DNA of 60,000 nucleotides from Candidatus Aenigmatarchaeota archaeon (GTDB taxonomy: Archaea > Aenigmatarchaeota > Aenigmatarchaeia > CG10238-14 > SCSR01). The stretch's first letter is position 1, and the number at the start of each line of letters is the position of its first letter. Shown in pieces: positions 26,222 to 35,052 of this stretch. Under the pieces are notes generated by a model that was not told the DNA's origin, ran no database searches, and worked only from the letters and a program-made list of their open reading frames with translations. Position numbers and translations under genes: made by a program. The stretch covers positions 83,405 through 143,404 of the forward strand of contig JACRAE010000005.1 in the NCBI GenBank assembly GCA_016213525.1, read 5' to 3'.

Positions 26222-26856
26222 TCGTTATGATGTCAACAAAACCGAACGTGCAGAGGAGGGACGACCACCAGGCCGACCTGTCCCAGAGGAGGGACGTGCT
26301 AGCTGCGCATCTGTCGAAAGAACTGAGGAAGCAGTACAAGAGGCGCTCCATGTCCCTGAGGAAGGGCGACGAGGTCAAGATAATCCGCGGCGAGCACTTC
26401 GGCAAGGTAGGGGAGATAGTCGACATCGACCTGAAGAAGTACATGATATTTGTGAACGGCGTCACCATCAAGAGGACCGTCGGGACGGAGAAGCAGGTCG
26501 CGATAGAGCCGAGCAACGTCGTGATAACGAGCATGAAGCTCGACGACAACATGAGGCAGAGGATACTTTTGAGGAAGGTCAAGGAAGTGGTCGTCCCGAA
26601 GAAGGAGGTCAAGGTCGAGCCTAAGGTCGAAGCAAAGACAGAGATCGCAGTCGCATCTGACGCGAAGGCCGAGCACGACCACTCCAGCCACGCGGGACAC
26701 GACCACGCCGGTCACGACCATGCGAGCCACGACCACGCCGGGCATGACCACGTAGCGCACGACCCCGCAAAGAGCGAGAAGAAGGAGCACCCGACCTACG
26801 CGAAGCCTGCGAAGAAGAAGGCCACGACGTCGGCGCAAAAGGAGAAGGGTTACTGA
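26218..26856 (+). CDS. rpl24: 50S ribosomal protein uL24 with long His-rich C-terminal extension
   Basis: 'AHLSKELRKQY..RS..LRKGDEVKIIRG', 'PSNVVIT'; start among ATGs at 26218-26230. Confidence 0.93.
   Translation: MIVMMSTKPNVQRRDDHQADLSQRRDVLAAHLSKELRKQYKRRSMSLRKGDEVKIIRGEHFGKVGEIVDIDLKKYMIFVNGVTIKRTVGTEKQVAIEPSNVVITSMKLDDNMRQRILLRKVKEVVVPKKEVKVEPKVEAKTEIAVASDAKAEHDHSSHAGHDHAGHDHASHDHAGHDHVAHDPAKSEKKEHPTYAKPAKKKATTSAQKEKGY
26674..26763 (+). repeat. 15-nt coding tandem repeat encoding (HDHA[G/S])n
   Basis: cacgaccacgccggt-type units; HDHSSHAGHDHAGHDHASHDHAGHDHVAHD, 12 His in 30 aa. Confidence 0.9.
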
Positions 26857-27563
26857 TGGCAAGGCTCAAGAGGCTCGTTATACCGTCCTTCTGGAGGGTC
26901 GCCAGGAAGGAGAACAAGTGGGTAGTGGCGCCGCGCGCGGGCCCGCACAAGAAGTTCGAGTCCGTCCCGCTCCAGGTCCTCCTCAGGGACGTCCTTAAAA
27001 TTGACGACAAGGGCAAGGACATCAGGACGATAATCAAGAAGGGCGAGATAGTTGTGGATGGGAGGAAGAGGAAGGACCACGCCTACCCGGTCGGCCTGTT
27101 CGACATAGTCTCGATACCGGCACTCGACAAGAACTACAGGGCGGTGCCGTCGAAGAACACGATGAGCTTCATCGAGATACCGAAGTCCGAGGCGAAGGTC
27201 AAGATATGCAGGATACAGGACAAGACGATTATAGCGGGCGGCAAGGTGCAGCTGAACCTGCACGACGGCAAGAACGTCATAGTCGACAAGGACGAGTACA
27301 AGACCGGCGACTCCCTGCTGATGGAGGTCCCGAGCCTGAAGATAGTCGAGCACATCAAGCTAGAGAAGGGCGCGGTTGGCATGGTCTCGAGGGGCAAGGA
27401 CTCAGGCTCGATAGGGAAGGTGAAGGAGATAATTGTTACGGCGACTAAGGACCCGACCAAGCTAATCTATGAGAAGGGCGAGGGCGAGGACGAGACGCTC
27501 AAGGACAGGTTCTTCGTCATAGGCAAGAGCAAGCCGCTGATAACGGTGAAGGAGGCCGACTGA
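26856..27563 (+). CDS. rps4e: 30S ribosomal protein eS4
   Basis: 'LKRL..P..W', 'GPH....SVPL', 'VDG..RKD..YPVGLFD', 'QLNLHDG.N'. Confidence 0.96.
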   Translation: MARLKRLVIPSFWRVARKENKWVVAPRAGPHKKFESVPLQVLLRDVLKIDDKGKDIRTIIKKGEIVVDGRKRKDHAYPVGLFDIVSIPALDKNYRAVPSKNTMSFIEIPKSEAKVKICRIQDKTIIAGGKVQLNLHDGKNVIVDKDEYKTGDSLLMEVPSLKIVEHIKLEKGAVGMVSRGKDSGSIGKVKEIIVTATKDPTKLIYEKGEGEDETLKDRFFVIGKSKPLITVKEAD

Positions 27564-27564
27564 T

Positions 27565-28077
27565 ATGGAGGCCAACCCGATGAGGGAGATAAGGATAGAC
27601 AAGGTCACCCTCAACATCGGCTGCGGCGACGACAAGGCCAGGATCGAGAAGGCGAAGAGGCTCCTCGAGATGCTGACGGGCGGCAAGCCGGTCATAACGA
27701 GGTCGAAGAGGAGGAGTACCTTCGGCGTCATAAAGGACAAGCCGATAGGCGTGAAGGTCACGCTGCGCAGGAAGCCCGCCGAGGACTTCATGGTCAAGTC
27801 GATAGGCGCCCTCGAGAAGAAGCTCAGGATGGGCCAAATCGACACCGACGGGAACCTGAACATCGGGATCAAGGAGTACATAGACCTGCCGGGCGTCAAG
27901 TACGCCCACGAGGTCGGCATGCTCGGGCTCGGGGTCTGCGTCACCCTGGAGAGGCCGGGCTACAGGATAAAGAGGAGGCGCATACAGCAAAAGATAATAC
28001 CCAGGAGCCACAAGTTAACTCAGGAAGAAGTGGCAGGCTGGCTGTCCAAGAAATACGGTGTTAACATTGTACAATGA
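27565..28077 (+). CDS. rpl5: 50S ribosomal protein uL5
   Basis: 'NPMREIRIDKVTLNIG.G', 'PIGVKVTLR', 'GIKEYID.PG', 'RPGYRI..RR'. Confidence 0.97.
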   Translation: MEANPMREIRIDKVTLNIGCGDDKARIEKAKRLLEMLTGGKPVITRSKRRSTFGVIKDKPIGVKVTLRRKPAEDFMVKSIGALEKKLRMGQIDTDGNLNIGIKEYIDLPGVKYAHEVGMLGLGVCVTLERPGYRIKRRRIQQKIIPRSHKLTQEEVAGWLSKKYGVNIVQ

Positions 28078-28084
28078 TGAAACG

Positions 28085-28246
28085 ATGGTGCAGGTGACGG
28101 CGAAGCTGTCCGGGATAATCCTCAGGAAGGCTGAGCTGGAGTCCGACTTCGACGGCGTCTATTCGGCGGTGTTCGAGAGGATGTTCGGCCTGGAGAACGT
28201 CGAGGGCGACGAGTTCCTGATGGTCCTAGGGGAGATTGGCGGTTAA
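28085..28246 (+). CDS. Small acidic hypothetical protein (53 aa)
   Basis: Fills the uL5-uS14 gap exactly; codon style like its neighbours (G/C third positions). Confidence 0.45.
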   Translation: MVQVTAKLSGIILRKAELESDFDGVYSAVFERMFGLENVEGDEFLMVLGEIGG

Positions 28247-28263
28247 ATTTTCGGTGATTATTG

Positions 28264-28407
28264 ATGCCTACAAAATACGGTAAGGGAACCAAGACGTGCC
28301 GCAGGTGCAGGAACCACCGCGGCGTCATAATGAGCTACGGCCTCAACTACTGCAGACGCTGCTTTAGGGAAGTCGCCCCGAGCGTAGGCTTCAAGAAGTA
28401 CATGTAG
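28264..28407 (+). CDS. rps14: 30S ribosomal protein uS14 (not in ORF track)
   Basis: Manual translation [47 protein letters not shown]; CxxC...CRxCFRE motif. Confidence 0.95.
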   Translation: MPTKYGKGTKTCRRCRNHRGVIMSYGLNYCRRCFREVAPSVGFKKYM

Positions 28408-28449
28408 GTCCTCGGAAACTAATTATACTCTCCGGGAAAATTCATTCTT

Positions 28450-29316
28450 ATGCTCCTGGACCAGGTCATATTCGGGACCGCCCTGATAGGGTCCGGCGTC
28501 GCCTCCTACTACGACCTCAAGACGACCGAGGTCCCGAACTGGGTCTTCTACGCCATTTTAATCGTCGGCGTGCCCGCGGTCGCCCTGAACTCCCTCGTGA
28601 ACTCCAGCTTCGACATGTTCGCGGTCTCCGGAATCACGGGCCTGTCGCTGCTCGCGCTCGGGTACGGAATGTACAGGGCCGGCCAGTGGGGCGGCGCGGA
28701 CATGACCCTGCTCGCCCTCATCGGCTTCCTGATGGCGTCCGTAAGCCTCGACTTCGCGACACAGACGGCGTTTCCGTTCGGGGTCAGCTTCCTGATTAAC
28801 CTGTTCCTGATAGGTGCTGTCTATATGATAGGTTATTCCGCGGTCTTCGCCCTCAGGAGCAAGGACGTCATGAGGGCGTTCGGGTCGGACATGAGGAAGA
28901 ATCTTGTCGCGACCGCGCTGATTTCCCTCGTGATGTTCGTGGCGTTCGTCGCTCTCGCGGCCTACCTGAACGGCATGTTCGGCGGCTCGATGTCGCTGCA
29001 AGACATGCTGTTCCTGTCACTGGCGCCCGTCGCGATGACCGCGTGCTTCCTGTTGGTCTACAGGTTCGCGAAGGTCGTGGAGGGGGTCGGCTTCAAGAAA
29101 AAGATACCGGTCAGCAGGCTCCGGGTGGGCGACATGCTCATGGACGAGAGGAAGCTCGTCGGGATAGAGGAGGACCAGCTGAGGAGGATAAAGAGGTCCG
29201 GTAAGAAGTTCGTCTGGATCAAGGAGGGGGTGAGGTTCATCCCCGCGTTCCCGATGGCCCTGCTCTTCACCGTTTTGGTCGGCGACGCGATATTCTTCGC
29301 GCGGGTGTTCTTCTAG
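28450..29316 (+). CDS. A24-family prepilin/prearchaellin peptidase
   Basis: 'YYDLKTTEVPN', 'GGAD', C-terminal 'V.IKEGVRFIPAF'. Confidence 0.88.
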   Translation: MLLDQVIFGTALIGSGVASYYDLKTTEVPNWVFYAILIVGVPAVALNSLVNSSFDMFAVSGITGLSLLALGYGMYRAGQWGGADMTLLALIGFLMASVSLDFATQTAFPFGVSFLINLFLIGAVYMIGYSAVFALRSKDVMRAFGSDMRKNLVATALISLVMFVAFVALAAYLNGMFGGSMSLQDMLFLSLAPVAMTACFLLVYRFAKVVEGVGFKKKIPVSRLRVGDMLMDERKLVGIEEDQLRRIKRSGKKFVWIKEGVRFIPAFPMALLFTVLVGDAIFFARVFF

Positions 29317-30028
29317 CCTTCAGCGATAGTATCTTCTGAATCTTGTCCATGTCCCTGCGCTGCCTCTTCACGTCCACCTCGACAACCGCGACGCCTTTGT
29401 AGCGCCTTGCCATTATCGGAATCGCCTTCAGAAAGTCTATGTCGCCGTCGCCCACGGCAACGTCGTAGTCGTTCAGGCTCGATATCGGCGGCTTCTTCCC
29501 GACGAAATCCGAAGTGACGTCCCCGAAGTGCAGGTGGCCCACCTTCTTGGAGTTTTTCCCGAAGAGCCTATCCAGGTCCTCGTAGTAGTCCCTCCCGAAG
29601 CTGACGGAGCCGACGTAGAAGTGCGCCGTGTCGAAGCATATCTTCACGCCGTTCTTGAACTGCTTCTCGAGGAAGGTCAGGTTGTGCTCGTATCCGTTCT
29701 CGACGAACATGTTCTTCTCCATGGCGTCCAGCACCCCCCGCGAGAACACGTCGACGAACTGGCTGTGCACTACGATGACCGGTATGTCCGCGGCCCTCGC
29801 GAAGTCCTTCGTCTTCTCCAGGGTGTTCATGAAGTGCTCCGGCCTGGAGTGCGGCGTGTGTATGGAATAGTATTCCATTCCGTTCTCCCTCCTCGCGTCC
29901 TTGAGGAACTTCAGGTGCCTGGGCGTCAGGAACTCCTCGCGCATGTACAGCTCTATCTTGTCGAACCCGTCCTCGTGGGACCTGCGCAGGTCTCCCGGTA
30001 GCGGCGCTGTCTTCCCTATCAGTTCCAT
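29267..30028 (-). CDS. Xylose-isomerase-like / AP endonuclease 2 TIM-barrel protein
   Basis: 'GFDKIEL', 'IHTPH', 'VEN', 'ICFDTAH', 'HLHFGD', 'GDGDIDF', 'VVEV'. Confidence 0.8.
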   Translation of the reverse strand: MELIGKTAPLPGDLRRSHEDGFDKIELYMREEFLTPRHLKFLKDARRENGMEYYSIHTPHSRPEHFMNTLEKTKDFARAADIPVIVVHSQFVDVFSRGVLDAMEKNMFVENGYEHNLTFLEKQFKNGVKICFDTAHFYVGSVSFGRDYYEDLDRLFGKNSKKVGHLHFGDVTSDFVGKKPPISSLNDYDVAVGDGDIDFLKAIPIMARRYKGVAVVEVDVKRQRRDMDKIQKILSLKARRTPARRISRRRPKR

Positions 30029-30034
30029 CTAAAA

Positions 30035-31318
30035 TCACTTCTTCTTCAGGAACTCGACGCCGTCCATGTACGGGACAAGCGCCCTCGGCACCCTGATGCT
30101 GCCGTCCTTCTGCTGGTTCTGCTCTATAATCGCGACCATTATCCTGCTAGTGGCGACGGCGGTGTTGTTCAGCGTGTGCACCAGCCCCACGGAGGCCTGT
30201 CCCTTCTTCTCCCTGAACTTTATGTTCAGCCTCCTCGCCTGGTAGTCCGTGACGTTCGAGTTGGAGCCGGTTTCCCTGAACTCCCCGTCCGCCATCCAGC
30301 ACTCCATGTCTATGGTCCTCGCCGCCTTCACCCCCGTGTCCCCGCTGCACAGCTCCAGCGTGCGGTAGTGCAGGCCGAGCTGGTTGTAGAGCTCCTCGCA
30401 GTTCTGCTGCAGCTTCCCGAACCACTCCCACGAGTCCTCCGGGCTGCAGAACACGAACTGCTCGACCTTGTTGAACTGGTGCATCCTGAACAGGCCCTTC
30501 GTGTACTTGCCGTGCGCTCCGACCTCCTTCCTGAAGCACGGGCTCGTGCCGGCGAACAGCACCGGTAGGTCCTGCCTGTCTATGCTCTCGTTCATCATCA
30601 TTGCTGCAATCGGGTGCTCCGAGGTGGGTATGAGGAAAAGGTTCTCCCCGTCAATCTTGTATATCTGGTCCTCGAAGGTCGTCAGGTCCTCCGCCCCCAT
30701 AGCGGCGTCCATATTCAGCATGAGCGGCGGCTCCACGATGGTGAACCCTTTCCTGCGCAGGAAGTCGAGGGCAAACTTGGATATGGCGAGGTCCAGAAGC
30801 ACCAGATCGCCCTTGAGGTACGCGAACGCGTGCCCGGCCACGGACGCGCCCTTCTCCATGTCCACCATGCCCAGGTTCTGTAGTATCTCCAGGTGGTCTT
30901 TCGGCTCGAAGTCGAACTCCGGCTTCTTGCCCGCGACCTTTCCGACTCTGTTGTCCCCAGAGTCCTTCCCGTCGTGCACCGACTCGTGCAGCATGTTCGG
31001 CAGCCTCATCAACAAAGATTTGATCCTCGCTTCCAGGCCGGCCCTCTCCTCCTCCAGCCCTTCCATCTTCTTCGGAATCTTCCCGGCCTCCTTCATCGCC
31101 TTCTTGTCCTCCTTACCCTCCTTCTTCGCCTTCCCTATCTCCATGCTGAGCCTGTTCCTCTCTGATCTCATATTATTCAGCTCAGCGACGGACTTCCTCC
31201 ACTTCCTGTCCACGTCGAGGAGCTCGTCGAACATCTGCAAAAACGAGTCGTTGTTCCTCCTGGCCAGGTTCTTCCTGACGGACGCGGGGTCCTCGCGTAT
31301 AGCCTTTATGTCAAGCAT
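30035..31318 (-). CDS. serS: Serine--tRNA ligase
   Basis: 'MLDIKAIRE', coiled-coil arm, 'LIPTSEHP', 'CFRKE.G', 'RMHQFNKVEQF', 'HTLNNT'. Confidence 0.97.
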   Translation of the reverse strand: MLDIKAIREDPASVRKNLARRNNDSFLQMFDELLDVDRKWRKSVAELNNMRSERNRLSMEIGKAKKEGKEDKKAMKEAGKIPKKMEGLEEERAGLEARIKSLLMRLPNMLHESVHDGKDSGDNRVGKVAGKKPEFDFEPKDHLEILQNLGMVDMEKGASVAGHAFAYLKGDLVLLDLAISKFALDFLRRKGFTIVEPPLMLNMDAAMGAEDLTTFEDQIYKIDGENLFLIPTSEHPIAAMMMNESIDRQDLPVLFAGTSPCFRKEVGAHGKYTKGLFRMHQFNKVEQFVFCSPEDSWEWFGKLQQNCEELYNQLGLHYRTLELCSGDTGVKAARTIDMECWMADGEFRETGSNSNVTDYQARRLNIKFREKKGQASVGLVHTLNNTAVATSRIMVAIIEQNQQKDGSIRVPRALVPYMDGVEFLKKK

Positions 31319-31365
31319 GGATACTATAGAATGTTGTAATCCCCAAGTTAAAACTTTTCCAGGGG

Positions 31366-32097
31366 CTACTCTGGGTATGTTTCCTCGTCGTGGACATCGT
31401 CGCCGTGGTTTATCCCGGTCGAATGCGCGAAGGCCAGCTCCCACCACCACTTCACCCTGCGCTTGTCCAGGCTGGATAGTTTCAGCTCCGCGGGAATTTT
31501 TCTGACTTCCTCTATGGCCGCGTCCATGTTGCTTGCGATGTCCTTCAGGCCGTTGACTTCCTTCCCGTTGTATATCATGGCCGGCAGGACGTCGCCCTTG
31601 TGCCTCTTCTTCTCGGCCCTGTACGCCTTCGCGAGTTCTTTCTTGTTCAGGTCCAGTATGCTGTAGCCTATGCCGTACTCCTTCTTCAGGTAGTCTGAAA
31701 CGAGGTCTGTTGATTTGAAAGAATTCCTGAACGCTATGTGTCCGAATATGTCGCCGTAATAGCTGCACATTTTACCGACGGTTTTTATTTCCCTCTTGTT
31801 CAGGTCTCCGGATCCGCCGTCTGAGCACAGGAATATGGTAGGTTTGGTAACCGGGTGCGTGTTGAACAGATAATGGTTCACGAACTTCTTCGTGTCGTCC
31901 AGTCCCATCATCCTAAAGCCGTTGTAATCGAAGTCGAGAGTGGGGAGGACGCGGTTGTCCGCCCTTATTTCATAGCCTATGTTCCTCATCTCGAGGCCCG
32001 CTATTTCGAACCTGAGCTTTTCCCTTATTCCGCTCGCATCCTTTCCCGTCTTGAAATATATTTTGTCGGCCTTCTCCTGGGACTTCTGGACTAGCAT
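31366..32097 (-). CDS. Hypothetical protein
   Basis: About 243-aa ORF filling the gap, upstream TATA-like taaatatttaa; no family recognised. Confidence 0.6.
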   Translation of the reverse strand: MLVQKSQEKADKIYFKTGKDASGIREKLRFEIAGLEMRNIGYEIRADNRVLPTLDFDYNGFRMMGLDDTKKFVNHYLFNTHPVTKPTIFLCSDGGSGDLNKREIKTVGKMCSYYGDIFGHIAFRNSFKSTDLVSDYLKKEYGIGYSILDLNKKELAKAYRAEKKRHKGDVLPAMIYNGKEVNGLKDIASNMDAAIEEVRKIPAELKLSSLDKRRVKWWWELAFAHSTGINHGDDVHDEETYPE

Positions 32098-32184
32098 CAA
32101 TCAATACAATGCCGTCTAAATATTTAAGCCGTACAGCGCACCAGATTCGATATATTGAAAAGCAGAAAAACTGAAAATATCTGC

Positions 32185-33543
32185 ATGCCTAATCAGCTGA
32201 AGAGGCGCATAGGGCCGACCGAGGCCCTCTTCTATGGGCTCGGTGTGATACTCGGTGCCGGGATATACGTCCTCGTCGCGCCCGCGGCCGGCTTCGCCGG
32301 GAACGCGGTGTGGCTCTCCTTTTTAATCGCTGCCACGCTCGCCACCTTCACGGGCCTCGCCTATGCGGAGCTCGGAAGCATGTTCCCTAAGGCGGCCGCA
32401 GAGTACGTGTACGTGAAGCGCGCCTACAGGAGCCACGTGTACGCGTTCATGCTGGGATGGATGATAATTTTCACCGGGGTCGTGTCGATATCGACGGTGA
32501 GCCTAGGATTCACTGGATACTTCTCCGACCTCCTCGGCACGAGCCCCGACCAGACAAAGTATCTGCTGCCGGGGATATCCGCCGCGATGATACTCGTAAT
32601 GGGCCTGGTCAACTACGTCGGGATAAAGGAGACGTCCAGGATGAACATCGCGATGACTGCGCTCGTGATAGTCGGCCTCCTCATCGTGATTGCAATCGGA
32701 GTCTGGAGCGGGGGCTTCACGACGACGGACTACTTCCTGATGCCTAACGGCCTGAACGGCGTCTTCATAGCCGCTTCGTTGATATTCTTCGCGTACCTCG
32801 GGTTCGAGGAGATAGTGAACGTGGCAGAGGAGACGAGGAACCCGAGGAGGGTCCTGCCGAAGGCGATAATATTATCGGTCGTGATATCGACCATACTCTA
32901 CATACTTACCGCGATGTCCCTGGTCGGAATCGAGGGTTGGCAGGCCCTCGCGGAGTCGAAGGCGCCGCTCGCTGACGCCGTTCAGAACGTCTTCGGCCAC
33001 AACGCCGGCCTGGTGATATCCGTCATAGCCCTTGTGGCGACCTCTTCCACAGTCCTAGGTCTGATATTAGTGGTGTCCAGGATGATTTGGGGCATGTCGA
33101 GGGAGGGCGCCCTCCCGAGCATATTCGCTCACGTCAACCGCAGGGGTACCCCGTCAAGGGCGATAATAGTCGTGATGCTCGGCGCGATGGCCTTCGTATT
33201 CCTCGGGGACATAGCGCACGTCGCGAGCATAACGAGCATAGGCGCGCTTTTCATATTCCTGAACATAAACCTGGCGCTCATCTGGCTGAGGTACACAGAG
33301 CCGAACATGCACAGGCCGTTCAGGACGCCGCTGAACATAGGGAAGTACCCGGTTATGGGCGGCCTCGGGGTGTTCGTCAGTATGTTCATGATGATGCAGT
33401 TCAGTTTCGACGTGTTCCTGACCGGCGTCGCCGTGGCCGTCGTGGGGCTCGCCGCCTTCATCGTATACAAGAAAAGGGACTTCTTCATGGTCAGGCAGCT
33501 CGAGTCCTTCCTGAGAGACCTGAGGAAGGAAGCCGAAAGATGA
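32185..33543 (+). CDS. APC-family amino acid permease
   Basis: 'GVILGAGIY', 'YAELGSMFP', 'FFAYLGFE', 'AEETRNP.R.LP', about 12 TM. Confidence 0.92.
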   Translation: MPNQLKRRIGPTEALFYGLGVILGAGIYVLVAPAAGFAGNAVWLSFLIAATLATFTGLAYAELGSMFPKAAAEYVYVKRAYRSHVYAFMLGWMIIFTGVVSISTVSLGFTGYFSDLLGTSPDQTKYLLPGISAAMILVMGLVNYVGIKETSRMNIAMTALVIVGLLIVIAIGVWSGGFTTTDYFLMPNGLNGVFIAASLIFFAYLGFEEIVNVAEETRNPRRVLPKAIILSVVISTILYILTAMSLVGIEGWQALAESKAPLADAVQNVFGHNAGLVISVIALVATSSTVLGLILVVSRMIWGMSREGALPSIFAHVNRRGTPSRAIIVVMLGAMAFVFLGDIAHVASITSIGALFIFLNINLALIWLRYTEPNMHRPFRTPLNIGKYPVMGGLGVFVSMFMMMQFSFDVFLTGVAVAVVGLAAFIVYKKRDFFMVRQLESFLRDLRKEAER

Positions 33544-33545
33544 GA

Positions 33546-34199
33546 CTATAGTTCGGAGAGATTGACTTCATCGTAAGAGCCGAACACGGCCTTCGCCGCC
33601 TTCAGCTTATCCCTGCCGTACGTCGTCGCGATGCCTATCGAGAATATCCCCGCCCTGTTGAGAGCCTCGATGCCGTGCGGCGAGTCCTCAAAACCAACCG
33701 ACCTCTCCTTGTCAGCCCCGATTTTCTCCGCGGCGTAGTTGAATATCGCCGGGTCGGGCTTGCCCTTGTTTCCGACCTCGGCTATCGTGTACACGTGACC
33801 TTTGAAGAGCCTCCTTATCCCGGTCTTTCTGTCCGCTATCTCCATGAGCTGGTCGTACATCGCCGTGGCGACCGCAGATTTCCTGCCCTTTCCGACAACC
33901 TGCTCCTCGTAGAACTCCATGAAGCCGTCGATGAACTTCAGGTCCCTCTCGAAGATCACTTTCATTATCTCGAGTATCTCAGACTCTATCTCCCTCTGCG
34001 ACTCCGGCCAGCCGTACATCGGCACCAGCATGCCGGCTATGTCGTACAGGGACATGCCGCCTATGACGTGCTTCAGCCTGGCGCGGTCGAACTCCATGCC
34101 CCTCCTCCGGAAAAGCTCCTCGTATCCCCTGTCCCACAGGTCCTCCGTGTCCAGCACCACGCCCTCGCAGTCGAAAATTACGGCGTCTACAGCCCTCAT
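33546..34199 (-). CDS. HAD-family hydrolase (beta-PGM/CbbY-like)
   Basis: 'AVIFDCEGVVLDTE', 'KPDPAIF', 'FEDSPHGIEA..RAG'. Confidence 0.88.
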   Translation of the reverse strand: MRAVDAVIFDCEGVVLDTEDLWDRGYEELFRRRGMEFDRARLKHVIGGMSLYDIAGMLVPMYGWPESQREIESEILEIMKVIFERDLKFIDGFMEFYEEQVVGKGRKSAVATAMYDQLMEIADRKTGIRRLFKGHVYTIAEVGNKGKPDPAIFNYAAEKIGADKERSVGFEDSPHGIEALNRAGIFSIGIATTYGRDKLKAAKAVFGSYDEVNLSEL

Positions 34200-34287
34200 G
34201 TTCCTCTCAACAGAGATGCAGTTCCGTGGGCTTATACTTCCGCAGGAAAGATTAATTCCAAGCCGAGCTAATTCAGGGTTGGTCCGC

Positions 34288-34986
34288 ATGGAGATAGAAT
34301 ACGTGATTGTCAGGAAGAGCGGGAGGAGGGGTGTCTCCATATCCGTCGGGCCCAGCGGGGTCAGGGTGAGCGCGCCGGCCGGCTTCCCCGAGTCGAAGAT
34401 AGACGGTCTGGTGGAGTCTCGGAGGGCCTGGATAGAGAGGAACATGGCGCGCTTCGCGAAGAAGATGAAGATAATGATGGAGCCGGGCCTGTACGAGGAC
34501 AAGGTCATGTTCATGGGGAGGTTCGTTCCGATGAGCGTCTCGCCGGCCAGAGTCAGGGAGAAGATGTCGTTCGACGGTTCCGCGTTCACGGCTGCCCTGA
34601 GGTCCGGATATTCCAGGAGGGACGTCGAGAGGCTCTACATAAAGTGGCTGAAGAGGGAGGCGGAGTCCTTCATGCCGTCGAGGGTCGCCATTTACAGCCG
34701 CGGCCTGGGAGTCTCGCCGTCCAAGATCTCCATAAGGAACCAGAAGTCCAGGTGGGGCAGCGCCTCGAAGGACGGAAACGTGACCTTCAACTGCAATCTG
34801 CTGAAGGCCCCCGCCGAGGTGATCGACTACGTGGTCGTGCACGAGCTCTGCCACCTGAGGGTCCACGACCACTCCAAGTCGTTCTGGTCCCTCGTCGAAT
34901 CGGCGTTCCCGGACTACAAGGCGTGCCGGAAGTGGCTGAGGGACAACGGCACCGGGATAATGGACTCGTCCAAGATATTCGGCTGA
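34288..34986 (+). CDS. YgjP/DUF45 (SprT-like, M48) zinc-dependent hydrolase
   Basis: 'IRNQKSRWGS.S', 'IDYVVVHELCHL..HDHS..FW'. Confidence 0.9.
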   Translation: MEIEYVIVRKSGRRGVSISVGPSGVRVSAPAGFPESKIDGLVESRRAWIERNMARFAKKMKIMMEPGLYEDKVMFMGRFVPMSVSPARVREKMSFDGSAFTAALRSGYSRRDVERLYIKWLKREAESFMPSRVAIYSRGLGVSPSKISIRNQKSRWGSASKDGNVTFNCNLLKAPAEVIDYVVVHELCHLRVHDHSKSFWSLVESAFPDYKACRKWLRDNGTGIMDSSKIFG

Positions 34987-35052
34987 GCCGGGAAGCGCGG
35001 CGAATGTTTTATATCGCAGAGACCCGAATTTTATTGTCTCGGGTAGTGTAGT

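Noticed and set aside
29267-29316. 50-nt convergent overlap between the prepilin peptidase and the TIM-barrel gene
   Set aside because: The Arg-rich tail looks like a simple stop-codon shift, and such overlaps are common in compact genomes.
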